32,000 nucleotides of DNA from Candidatus Saccharimonadota bacterium (GTDB lineage: Bacteria; Patescibacteriota; Gracilibacteria; UBA1369; 2-02-FULL-48-14), in contig JBAZVE010000001.1 of the NCBI GenBank assembly GCA_041661045.1, forward strand, positions 1,170,001 through 1,202,000. The letters run 5' to 3'. This document shows, in pieces, positions 15,042 to 23,378 of the stretch. Numbering within the stretch: position 1 is the first letter of the stretch; each line of letters opens with the position of its first letter. Both the position numbers and the translations under genes were made by a program. The notes beneath the pieces were generated by a model. The model did no database searches, was not told the DNA's origin, and worked only from the letters and a program-made list of their open reading frames with translations.

Positions 15042-15983
15042 ATGTCACGGATCACACTCTTTTTTTTCTCCTCAAGTCCCATTTCGATTCCTCTTTTTGA
15101 GGCCCTGCTTCAAGATCCTGCGTTTGAAGTGAAGGCTTTGGTTTGTCAGCCCGATAAGGAACAGGGGCGAGATATGGAGGTGCATGAGGCGGAAATTAAA
15201 AAGATTGCTCAAAAACATGGGATTCCGGTTTTTCAACCGGAGAAACTTTCTCGAGACACTGAGCTCTTGGCATCTTTTAAAAAAGATCCGCCGGACTTTA
15301 TTTTGACCTTTGCCTATGGCCAACTTTTAAACGAAGACTGGCTGTCCCTCCCCACCATTGCCCCTCTCAATGTTCATCCCTCGCTGCTGCCTTTGTACAG
15401 AGGCCCCACCCCTATACAAAGTGCTATTTTGAATGGAGATCACGAGACGGGATTGACACTCATTAAAATGGGTAAAGGAATGGATGATGGCCCCATTGCC
15501 TTTCAAGAAAAAGTGGAGATCCCAGCTCACAGCAGCTCTGTTTTGATGTTTGAGGAATTCGCCCGCCTGGCGGCGGAAAAAATTCCGGGTGCTCTGCTGA
15601 ATATTGTAAAGAATCCGGCGTTTAAGTTTGTGGAACAGGATGAGGCGAGCGCCGTGAAATGTTTCCTTATTGAAAGGGATCACGGCCGAATTGATTTCAA
15701 AGAGTCCGCTCAAAAAATCCTGAATCGCTTTCGTGCCTACCAGCCTTGGCCTGGCCTTTTTACCAGCTATTTGGGGAAACGAATTAAGGTTTTGGATCTT
15801 GAGCTCAGTGATGCTGTTTTGGAGCCCGGCAAAGTTTCTTTCCATGGGCATGAACTCCTCATTGGAACTTTCGATGGCGCCTTAAAGGTGAAACTTTTGC
15901 AGATGGAAGGTAAAAAAGCGCTACATCCCGAGGCTTTTATTCTTGGGCTTCCGGACTTTGCATCGGCGACTCTTCCTTCTTAG
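15042..15983 (+). CDS. fmt: Methionyl-tRNA formyltransferase
   Basis: 313 aa. Formyltransferase core NVHPSLLPLYRGPTPIQSAILNGDHETGLTLIKM plus the C-terminal Fmt domain. Confidence 0.92.
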   Translation: MSRITLFFFSSSPISIPLFEALLQDPAFEVKALVCQPDKEQGRDMEVHEAEIKKIAQKHGIPVFQPEKLSRDTELLASFKKDPPDFILTFAYGQLLNEDWLSLPTIAPLNVHPSLLPLYRGPTPIQSAILNGDHETGLTLIKMGKGMDDGPIAFQEKVEIPAHSSSVLMFEEFARLAAEKIPGALLNIVKNPAFKFVEQDEASAVKCFLIERDHGRIDFKESAQKILNRFRAYQPWPGLFTSYLGKRIKVLDLELSDAVLEPGKVSFHGHELLIGTFDGALKVKLLQMEGKKALHPEAFILGLPDFASATLPS

Positions 15984-17226
15984 GCTGCACCTTGGAATGG
16001 ACCAGCAGGCTCAGCGCCAATACTCCTAAGAAGCGACCTTGATCCAAGGAAATCCAATAATGATCGAGAAAACCTGTGAGAATGAAAAAAAAGATGATTC
16101 CCAGCGAGGGAAAGTTCTTTTTGGATTTGAAGATCTGAGATACCAGAAAAACCATTAAGATGATGAGGCTTGGTAGCCCCAACTCGTTCATTATTAAGAG
16201 AAAGATATTGTGAACAGGTTGATACTCCCACGGCATCAACGGCGTCTTTACAACGGTGTCCATGAAAAGGGTGAAGTGTGAAAACCCAACGCCCAGGGGA
16301 TATGCTTTTAGCATTTCCAGGCTTGTGGAAAATCCTTGTATCCTTTCGATAAAAGCTGTTTCGTTGAGTAGATTTGGGCTTCTCCATAGTAAGAACCCAG
16401 CGATACTCAGTACGAGGAATACCGTGGTGAGTAAAAAATATTTTTTATTTTGGAAGTGATTCTTGAGGACTCCTGAGATCAATAAAAGCACCACAAGAGC
16501 GAGCAGGGCTGATCTTGAAAATGTGGCGAGCAAGCCCAGGCCTTGAAGCGTCAACAGGCCCATTTTCTCATTTTTCTTGAGGGTCTTTGAGCCTAGGGAA
16601 AAGAAGAAAGCTAAGGCCAAAAAAGCTCCTAAAATGTTGGGGTGTGGAAAGGATCCATAGGCTCTAAATCCCTCCAAGCTTCCAAGGCTCCACTTTGCAA
16701 GTTGCGAAATTTCTTTGGCAAGATTGGGTTCTCCTAAAACCTGAAGTCCTAAATCTGTTTGGAATATAAATTGGCTTATACCCCAAAGCGCCTGGATGGC
16801 GGCTGTCCATGCAAAAATCCTCACTAAAAATTCTTTATCTTTTTCCCGTGAAAGCAGGATTGCAAAAAGAAGTATTTCTAAAAGTTTTACCTCCAAGAAA
16901 CCATTTAGAGTGGCATCCGTGTGTGGGCTGAAAAGTAAAGAAAGACTCGCCAAAGATATAAAGAGCATCAATCCCATCAAAACCATAGGGTTGGACTGTT
17001 CTTTAGTGCGTTCTTTTTTTTGAAAAAGGAGATAAAAGCAGCCCGAAAGCAGCAGCGCAAGGTCAAAAATAGAGAAGTAAATGCTGAGATAAGGGTTGGC
17101 GAATCCATGCCCCCAAGCGGCTTCATAAGTTAAAAGCTTTGTTTGAAAGGGTAGTGCAAAGATGCAAAAGGCCAAGGTCCATAAAAAGGCCTTACTCCTC
17201 AAGAATGTAAATAGGTTTGATGCCAT
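15937..17226 (-). CDS. O-antigen ligase / polymerase-like (Wzy_C domain) polytopic membrane protein
   Basis: 429 aa, around ten or more TM helices. Central loop with the FSRSALLAL-type Wzy_C signature region. Confidence 0.75.
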   Translation of the reverse strand: MASNLFTFLRSKAFLWTLAFCIFALPFQTKLLTYEAAWGHGFANPYLSIYFSIFDLALLLSGCFYLLFQKKERTKEQSNPMVLMGLMLFISLASLSLLFSPHTDATLNGFLEVKLLEILLFAILLSREKDKEFLVRIFAWTAAIQALWGISQFIFQTDLGLQVLGEPNLAKEISQLAKWSLGSLEGFRAYGSFPHPNILGAFLALAFFFSLGSKTLKKNEKMGLLTLQGLGLLATFSRSALLALVVLLLISGVLKNHFQNKKYFLLTTVFLVLSIAGFLLWRSPNLLNETAFIERIQGFSTSLEMLKAYPLGVGFSHFTLFMDTVVKTPLMPWEYQPVHNIFLLIMNELGLPSLIILMVFLVSQIFKSKKNFPSLGIIFFFILTGFLDHYWISLDQGRFLGVLALSLLVHSKVQPKKEESPMQSPEAQE

Positions 17227-18586
17227 TCGCAGGGATTAGGCTTTGAAGAGTAGTATTCAGTTCGCTCAAAACATTTTGGATTCTAACCGTGTCCAAGACC
17301 TGCTCAATGGCATTTAAAAATGCAGTTTGATACGCCTCCGCATCGGCCATTGGGAAACTCTCGGCATAACCCACTTGAGCGGCAAAGGCCCCGTAAAGCG
17401 GGTCTGCCATTTGTTCATCGATCAAACTGCGCAGTGCGCTGGGCTTGTGTGTTTTTTCGTTGTAGTAACGCAAATTTTCTTCTGTGACCATTTCCGCCAA
17501 AAAGTCCCACGCTTCCTCGGCGTGTTTTGAAGTTCGGCTCACAGCTGGGACAAAATAACTCGCATAGGCTTCACGGGTTTCTGCTGATGTTTCGGGGTCA
17601 TACACTTGAGGAGCTTCTTGGATTTTTATACTCTCCAGGTCAATGGCATCCTCCCCCTCCGCCTTAAGTCTATTGATCTCGTTCACAATATCGGCATAGG
17701 CGTAAGAATAGCCCAACAGCATGGAAAGTTTTCCTCTCGCGAAGGTGGTCAATTCTTTTTCCGCACTTTCGGTGTCCGCCAAAACTTTATTCCAGCTGTA
17801 ATGTTTTTGAGTGGGCAGCGCGAAGCTGGTGTAGAGCTGCAGGGCGGTCAAGGCATTTGGATCTTGAGCCAGCACCACTTCCTTTAAATCTTCGGTATAA
17901 AAGTTCACTTTGTATTGCAGCATCATGAGCGCCAAAATATCAAAGGCTCGAAGAATGTTATCGGCCCGTCCCAATGCGATTCCAGCGCGTTCAAATCGCT
18001 CAAAACTCTGGTCCTGTCTGTTGAGCTGAACCACATCATTTTTGATTCCTTCCCATGTGCTCGAGGGCCTGCCTTGTGAAGGAAGCGCTTCCTCAATATG
18101 GTCGTCATTGTAATAAAGTGCCAAGGTATCTATGTAAAGCGGCAGGCCCCATACTCTTTCCACACCGGCTTCATCGGGAATAATCATTTCATCTCCTGCA
18201 ATGGAAACAAATAGAGACCGGAACAAGTCTGCAGTGATGAAATCTTGAGGAGCGGGGGTGAGTTTTTTATAGTGTTTTGGGAATAAGGTGTTGTGAAGCA
18301 TAAAAATATCCGGCCCCTCCCCTTCGGCCAATTCATTGATCACAAGGTCCAAATATTCTTCCGGATTTGTGAATTTTTTATACAAAATGGTGACATGGGG
18401 ATTCTTGCTTTCGTAGGCTTGAATGAGGGGTGTGTAGATCTCTTCGTTCTCAAAAAGCCCATAAAATGTGAGAGTGACAGGATCTTTTCTTACCGCATCC
18501 TGCTGACCTTTTTGCCTAAAACAAGAAGTGAGAAGGAGCGAGGCAAGCAGCAAAACGGTGATGGAGATTCTTATGGTTTTTTTCAT
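17192..18586 (-). CDS. Extracellular solute-binding lipoprotein (family 1, sugar-type SBP)
   Basis: 464 aa. Signal peptide with lipobox LLTSC, and an overall SBP_bac_1-like pattern. No permease or ATPase gene adjacent. Confidence 0.75.
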   Translation of the reverse strand: MKKTIRISITVLLLASLLLTSCFRQKGQQDAVRKDPVTLTFYGLFENEEIYTPLIQAYESKNPHVTILYKKFTNPEEYLDLVINELAEGEGPDIFMLHNTLFPKHYKKLTPAPQDFITADLFRSLFVSIAGDEMIIPDEAGVERVWGLPLYIDTLALYYNDDHIEEALPSQGRPSSTWEGIKNDVVQLNRQDQSFERFERAGIALGRADNILRAFDILALMMLQYKVNFYTEDLKEVVLAQDPNALTALQLYTSFALPTQKHYSWNKVLADTESAEKELTTFARGKLSMLLGYSYAYADIVNEINRLKAEGEDAIDLESIKIQEAPQVYDPETSAETREAYASYFVPAVSRTSKHAEEAWDFLAEMVTEENLRYYNEKTHKPSALRSLIDEQMADPLYGAFAAQVGYAESFPMADAEAYQTAFLNAIEQVLDTVRIQNVLSELNTTLQSLIPANGIKPIYILEE

Positions 18587-18610
18587 GGCGGCGAGAAGTG
18601 GTCCTTGGCA

Positions 18611-19504
18611 TTATATACTGCGAATCCCCTGAAGGAAATAGTGCTTGTTGATTAAAAACCAGTGCATTTTTTTGAGGGGAGGAAAAATGGTTTTGAGCAG
18701 AAAAGAAAGCGCCAAAATCGGCTTGGAGCTCAAGACCGTGAGGACACTTTTCTTGAGCCCACTTGGCAGGACGGGAACAGCGGGCTGCTTTTTTTGGAAG
18801 AGGACTGCCGATTTCCCTATCTTAAAGGCGCGATCTTTGAGAGAATCTTCCGACATAAAATGATCGTGATGTGCTAAGGCTTCGGGCTTATACATAAGCT
18901 TCATCCCTCTTTGGCTCAAGCGATATCCGAGCTCGATGTCTTCCCATCCGTAAACCTTAAAATCAGGATCGAAAGACTCCTTTTCCAAAAGATCTTTTTT
19001 GATGGAAATGTTGGAGGTGTAAAAATACCAAAAACTCACCTCCTCCATGGGCTTCAAGTGATGATACGCAAATTGAGGGCCTCCGTGCGTGAGCCATTCC
19101 ATGAAGGGTGTGATTTCTTGGCTTGGATCCCACTCGGTGAGCCCCAGGCAGGCGAATTCTTTTTCCGGGTGCTCTCGATGAAACTCCGTATGTTTCAAAA
19201 GAAAATCCGGAGAGCCATAAATGTCATCTCCTATAAATAAGATCACCTGCCCCTGAGCTTGCCGAAGTGCTTTATTACGAGCATTGCCCTGCCCCGCATT
19301 TTCCTGATGAAGGTGTTTTATATTGTTCCAGTCCTTTGCCCATCGCTCCAAAACTTTTGGAGTGGAGTCCGTGCTCCCGTCGTCCACCACCAAGACTTCA
19401 AAACTTTCACTCGCCAAACTTTGTTCCCGCAAAGCGTGAAGACATTTCTCAAGCTTCTCAGCTCGATTGTAAGTGGGGATGATGACGGAAAGAAAGGGTG
19501 CCAT
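18611..19504 (-). CDS. Family 2 glycosyltransferase
   Basis: Contains LSVIIPTYNRAEKLEKCL and VLVVDDGSTDST, with a DxD-type region. Confidence 0.9.
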   Translation of the reverse strand: MAPFLSVIIPTYNRAEKLEKCLHALREQSLASESFEVLVVDDGSTDSTPKVLERWAKDWNNIKHLHQENAGQGNARNKALRQAQGQVILFIGDDIYGSPDFLLKHTEFHREHPEKEFACLGLTEWDPSQEITPFMEWLTHGGPQFAYHHLKPMEEVSFWYFYTSNISIKKDLLEKESFDPDFKVYGWEDIELGYRLSQRGMKLMYKPEALAHHDHFMSEDSLKDRAFKIGKSAVLFQKKQPAVPVLPSGLKKSVLTVLSSKPILALSFLLKTIFPPLKKMHWFLINKHYFLQGIRSI

Positions 19505-19541
19505 TATCCTTACTTTAATACTTAATTTGGAAAATTCCTAT

Positions 19542-19576
19542 GGAGAGAGGTGGGCTCATGAATCCCACGCCTCCCC
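19542..19576 (-). terminator. Imperfect GC-rich hairpin downstream of ssb
   Basis: Arms at 19542-19554 and 19564-19576 (10 of 13 positions pair; core GTGGG/CCCAC) with a 9-nt loop. No clear U-tract. Confidence 0.3.
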
Positions 19577-19594
19577 AATAAGCGCTCGAATCCT

Positions 19595-19990
19595 CTACGC
19601 CGCCACAAGTTCCTTGGCTTCTTCCGCCAGTTCTTGGCTTTGGATGCTTTGATGGTCTCTTTCGTATTTAAAGAGATGCACATCATTCAAGACCACTTCC
19701 GTGACATAGTGCATGACTTTGTCGTTGCCTTCGTAGGCACGGTTGGTTAAGCGGCCTTCCACCATGACGGGGGTGCCTTTGCGCAAATGCTTGGCGCAGA
19801 TTTCCGCCAGCTTTTCCCAGGCCACGATGCGGTGGAAGTCGGCACTCTTCTTGAGTGTCCCCTCTTGGTCCAGCCATTCGTTGTTGGTGGCGATGGCAAA
19901 ACTGAGTACGGATTTTCCACTTTTGGTGGATTTTATTTGGGGGTCTGCCACGACATGACCCAAAATACTCACACGATTGATGCTTTTCAT
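19595..19990 (-). CDS. ssb: Single-stranded DNA-binding protein (short form, 131 aa)
   Basis: OB-fold pattern MKSINRVSILGHVVADPQ...FHRIVAWEKLAE...VMVEGRLTNRAY. The internal ATG at 19990 is preferred over the ORF-track start at 20086. Confidence 0.88.
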   Translation of the reverse strand: MKSINRVSILGHVVADPQIKSTKSGKSVLSFAIATNNEWLDQEGTLKKSADFHRIVAWEKLAEICAKHLRKGTPVMVEGRLTNRAYEGNDKVMHYVTEVVLNDVHLFKYERDHQSIQSQELAEEAKELVAA

Positions 19991-20094
19991 AGAAAGGGGG
20001 TTAATGATAAGCTCTTCTTTTATAACAAGCTGACCTTTATAAAATCCTGAATTTATTCTTAAATAGTTCTGAATCTTTCCTGACAAAAATCATT

Positions 20095-20679
20095 ATGTTT
20101 ACCGGAATTGTTGAAAACTTAGGGACCGTTCAAAAGATTTCGCCCGATGCGGGTGGGGTTGAGCTCCTGATTCATAGCGATTTTCCGCAAAAATACCTGA
20201 AAAAAGGCACCAGTGTTTTGGTGAATGGAGTGTGTTTGACGGTGGAAAAGAGTGATTCCAAAAAAAAGGAATTCACCCTCCATCTGGTTGAAGAGTCCCT
20301 GGCACGAACGGCGTTCAAAAGTGTAAAACTTGGGGATAAAGTGAACCTTGAGTCCTCCCTTACCCTCAATAAAGCTTTGGCGGGGCATTTGGTTTTGGGC
20401 CACATTGACTTCACGGCACGGGTTTTACGGGAAGCCCCTCTCCTGGAGCTGGAAATCCCAAAGCCGTACTGCAAGTATTTCCCTGAAAAGGGTTCTATTA
20501 CCGTGCATGGCGTGAGTCTCACCATTGCAAAACGCAGTACAAATCATATTCAAGTCGCCTTGATCCCTGAAACGCTTAGGTCCACCAATTTGGCTTCTTT
20601 CAAAAAAGGGGATTCCCTTAATATTGAAATTGATGTCTTGGCGCGCTATCTTGAAAGCCTTCTTGCCCCTTCTCTATGA
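20095..20679 (+). CDS. ribE: Riboflavin synthase (alpha chain)
   Basis: N-terminus MFTGIVENLGTV and duplicated lumazine-binding repeats (VNGVCLTV / VHGVSLTI). Confidence 0.93.
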   Translation: MFTGIVENLGTVQKISPDAGGVELLIHSDFPQKYLKKGTSVLVNGVCLTVEKSDSKKKEFTLHLVEESLARTAFKSVKLGDKVNLESSLTLNKALAGHLVLGHIDFTARVLREAPLLELEIPKPYCKYFPEKGSITVHGVSLTIAKRSTNHIQVALIPETLRSTNLASFKKGDSLNIEIDVLARYLESLLAPSL

Positions 20680-21080
20680 AAATTGCCATCGTGGCCTCTG
20701 AATTCAACCCGGAAGTGACTGAGCCTTTGCTCGCCGAATGCTTGCGAGGGCTTAAGGAACAGGGTATCGAGCCCCTGGTGACCCGCGTGCCGGGTGCTGT
20801 TGAAATTCCATTGACCGCCCAAAAAATCATTCGAAATGAGCGGCCTGATGCCGTGATTGCACTGGGGTGTGTCATTAAAGGAGAAACCGAGCATTACGAC
20901 CTGGTTTGCACAATGTGTGGAGATGGAATCATGGCCACGATGCTCGAAACCGGAGTTCCTATTATTTTTGAAGTTTTGATGGTGGATGATGAGAAAAAGG
21001 CCTTGGCACGGATTCCAAAAGGCTATGAAGCAGCTTTTACCGCGGTGAAGATGGCGAAACTCATTCGAAACGCTTCTTAA
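20676..21080 (+). CDS. ribH: 6,7-dimethyl-8-ribityllumazine synthase
   Basis: 134 aa. Contains IAIVASEFNPEVTEPLL, VPGAVEIP and GCVIKGETEHYD. ATGA overlap with ribE. Confidence 0.9.
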   Translation: MKIAIVASEFNPEVTEPLLAECLRGLKEQGIEPLVTRVPGAVEIPLTAQKIIRNERPDAVIALGCVIKGETEHYDLVCTMCGDGIMATMLETGVPIIFEVLMVDDEKKALARIPKGYEAAFTAVKMAKLIRNAS

Positions 21081-21333
21081 TAAAGCCCAGCCAGCGTTTT
21101 ACGGCAGAGCGACAAAGAAACCAGTTCAAACTGAGAAGCGCCCAGGGTGCGGCTCCGCTTGCGCTTGCAAGAGAGTCGGAAAAAAGAACGGAAGTGGTGT
21201 AATTATTGGTGAAGATCTGCTCCTCTACATTTTGATGGTACAGAAAATAAGTTACGCCCAAAGCAAGGCCAAGGATGAAAATCACCCCCAGGGCCTTAAG
21301 AAGTAGCATGGTCTTTTTCTTTGTATTTTTCAT
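21061..21333 (-). CDS. Small single-pass membrane protein, hypothetical
   Basis: Start taken at ATG 21333 (MKNTKKKTMLLLKALGVIFILGLALGV...). The 3' end overlaps ribH by 20 nt. Confidence 0.45.
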   Translation of the reverse strand: MKNTKKKTMLLLKALGVIFILGLALGVTYFLYHQNVEEQIFTNNYTTSVLFSDSLASASGAAPWALLSLNWFLCRSAVKRWLGFIKKRFE

Positions 21334-21407
21334 AGATCCTCTTATTTTAACATAAAAAAGACTACCTGTCACTACACCTTTGCGATGTTTTTAGTTAAGC
21401 TGGGCTC

Positions 21408-22541
21408 ATGTCATCCCTTCGTACACTTCATTCCACTGATTTTTCCGGCAAACGGGTCCTGCTTCGAACCGATTACAATGTCCCTGTAAAAGATGGTGAG
21501 GTGCAGGATAGGACTCGAATTGAAGAGAGCCTCCCCACCCTTCGTTTTTTGGAGAGTCAGGGGGCTAAAATCATTATTGCGAGTCATTTGGGACGACCCA
21601 AGGGAAAGCCTGCAGATGAATTCCGTTTGGATCCTGTGGCTCGCGAGCTCTCTGCTCTGCTTGGCAAGCCGGTAAAAAAACTCGACGACTGCGTTGGCCC
21701 AGCGGTTGAAGCTGCCATTGCCACGATGCAAGCGGGAGACATTATTCTTTTGGAAAATCTGCGCTTTCATCCTGAGGAAGAGGCGAATGATCCTCACTTT
21801 GCTCAAGCCTTGGCGGCACTTGCCGATGTTTTTGTGAGTGATGCTTTTGGTACCGTACACCGTGCTCACGCCAGTACAGAGGGAATTGGCCATCAACTCC
21901 CCGCCATTGCCGGACTCCTGATTGAAAAGGAGGTGAAGGCTTTGGGTACTTTGTTGGAAAGCCCTGCTCACCCCGTCTGCCTTATTGTGGGAGGAGCCAA
22001 GGTGGACACAAAAATTGGAATCTTGGAAAAATTTCTCACCATTGCCGACTCTTTTCTTATTGGAGGAGCCTTGGCCAATACTTTTTTAAAAGCTCAGGGT
22101 GTTGATATTGGGGCTTCGCTCCATGAAGAAGAGAAGCTTTCGGTCGCCCGTAAGTTCCTGGCGGAGGCTGCCGGTAAAGAGGTTCTGCTGCCCACGGATT
22201 TTGCACAAGAAGAAGTGGAGGGTTCTTTTAAAATCTTGGATTTGGGTGAAAAAACGGTGGAAGCCTATTTGGCTGTGATCGAAAAAGCAAAAACCATTAT
22301 TTGGAACGGGCCCTTGGGGCTCTATGAGATGGAGGCCTTTGCAAAAGGAACAAAAGCAATTGCGAAAGGAGTTGCGGAGTCCGGTGCCTCTACAGTGCTT
22401 GGTGGCGGAGACACCGTGGATGCCATCCACCATTTTGGCTACACAGGAAAAGAGTTCGGCCACATTTCCACCGGTGGTGGGGCTATGTTGGAGTTTCTGG
22501 AGGGAAAAGAGCTGCCAGGACTTAAAATCCTGATGGATTAG
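21408..22541 (+). CDS. pgk: Phosphoglycerate kinase
   Basis: 377 aa. Contains RTDYNVP, ASHLGRPKG and a C-terminal STGGGAMLEFLEG. Confidence 0.95.
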   Translation: MSSLRTLHSTDFSGKRVLLRTDYNVPVKDGEVQDRTRIEESLPTLRFLESQGAKIIIASHLGRPKGKPADEFRLDPVARELSALLGKPVKKLDDCVGPAVEAAIATMQAGDIILLENLRFHPEEEANDPHFAQALAALADVFVSDAFGTVHRAHASTEGIGHQLPAIAGLLIEKEVKALGTLLESPAHPVCLIVGGAKVDTKIGILEKFLTIADSFLIGGALANTFLKAQGVDIGASLHEEEKLSVARKFLAEAAGKEVLLPTDFAQEEVEGSFKILDLGEKTVEAYLAVIEKAKTIIWNGPLGLYEMEAFAKGTKAIAKGVAESGASTVLGGGDTVDAIHHFGYTGKEFGHISTGGGAMLEFLEGKELPGLKILMD

Positions 22542-22935
22542 ATAAAGATGCGATGTAATTCTCCAAAAGGATTTGGGCGCTGCGACTGTCTACGCGCTTC
22601 ATCCTTGGCACAAAGGCTTCTTGGCTTGAGAACCGTTCGTCGATGGTGCAAATGGGGAGACCACAAGCGTCCCGAATGAGTTCGATCTGTCGAATGGCTT
22701 TCTTGGTTTGTGGGCTGTGTTTCCCGTCCAAACGAAGAGGAAGCCCCAAAAGCACTCCGATACAGTTCTCTTCCTCCAGTATTTTTTTGAGTTTTATCAA
22801 AAGATCCATATTGGATTTGTGTTTGATCTCCTCTCTTAAAAACGCGACTTTTTGATCTTTATCTGAAATGGAAACTCCCGTGTAGGCGGTCCCCAAATCC
22901 AGCGCGCAAATTTTCCCTTCACTCGGCAATAACAT
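22522..22935 (-). CDS. ruvX: YqgF/RuvX-family putative Holliday-junction resolvase / pre-16S rRNA nuclease
   Basis: Contains ICALDLGTAYTGVSISD, GLPLRLDG and DERFSSQEA. ATG at 22935, a 17-nt overlap with rplI. The longer track ORF is an artefact. Confidence 0.85.
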   Translation of the reverse strand: MLLPSEGKICALDLGTAYTGVSISDKDQKVAFLREEIKHKSNMDLLIKLKKILEEENCIGVLLGLPLRLDGKHSPQTKKAIRQIELIRDACGLPICTIDERFSSQEAFVPRMKRVDSRSAQILLENYIASLSNPSGF

Positions 22936-23365
22936 GGATGAGAAAGTTAGTGGAAATGTCTTTAAAAAGTTGAGCCGAAACGGGAACGACCCCCAAGCTC
23001 TTGATGGGCTCGGCCAGATTGATCTGCTTCTCCGGAATATCCACGAGCAATTGAGCTTGCACGGCTTTGGCAATGTCTTTTTCGTGCAAGGAGGCGTAGA
23101 GCTTCCCTGTTTCACTGGCTTTTCCTTGAATAGTGACGGTTTTCCCCTCCAATTTGGCCTTCACGGATAGTGCGCTTTCTTTGATGGTTTCGAGCTTCTC
23201 TACCGCCTTGGCTTGCTGAGCCCGCACATGTCCAACCTGTGAACTGGTGGCTGGAACGGCCAGCTTCCTTGGAGCGAGAAAATTCTGGAAATAGCCGTCG
23301 GAGACTTCTTTGATTTCTCCTTTTTGGCCTAAATTTTTGACGAGGGTGCAAAGTACAACTTTCAT
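22919..23365 (-). CDS. rplI: 50S ribosomal protein L9
   Basis: Begins MKVVLCTLVKNLGQKGEIKEVSDGYFQNFLAPRKLA. 148 aa. Confidence 0.93.
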   Translation of the reverse strand: MKVVLCTLVKNLGQKGEIKEVSDGYFQNFLAPRKLAVPATSSQVGHVRAQQAKAVEKLETIKESALSVKAKLEGKTVTIQGKASETGKLYASLHEKDIAKAVQAQLLVDIPEKQINLAEPIKSLGVVPVSAQLFKDISTNFLIHVIAE

Positions 23366-23378
23366 AGCTTGGGGATTA

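Noticed and set aside
15327-15851. 174-aa ORF antisense to fmt
   Set aside because: It lies entirely within the well-supported fmt gene and shows no recognisable motifs, so it is a shadow ORF.
19991-20086. 32-codon N-terminal extension of ssb in the ORF track
   Set aside because: The OB fold begins at MKSINRVSILGHV, as in typical SSBs. The extension has no counterpart in the SSB family as I know it.
19991-20094. Possible FMN riboswitch upstream of ribE
   Set aside because: The spacer is only 104 nt, AT-rich, and lacks the conserved GC-rich FMN-element helices. A covariance-model scan would be the decisive check.
21411-21971. 186-aa ORF antisense to pgk
   Set aside because: It lies entirely within the well-supported pgk gene and shows no recognisable motifs, so it is a shadow ORF.
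22936-23115. 60-codon N-terminal extension of ruvX overlapping rplI
   Set aside because: The extension is an out-of-frame reading of the rplI coding region. RuvX homology starts near the ATG at 22935.
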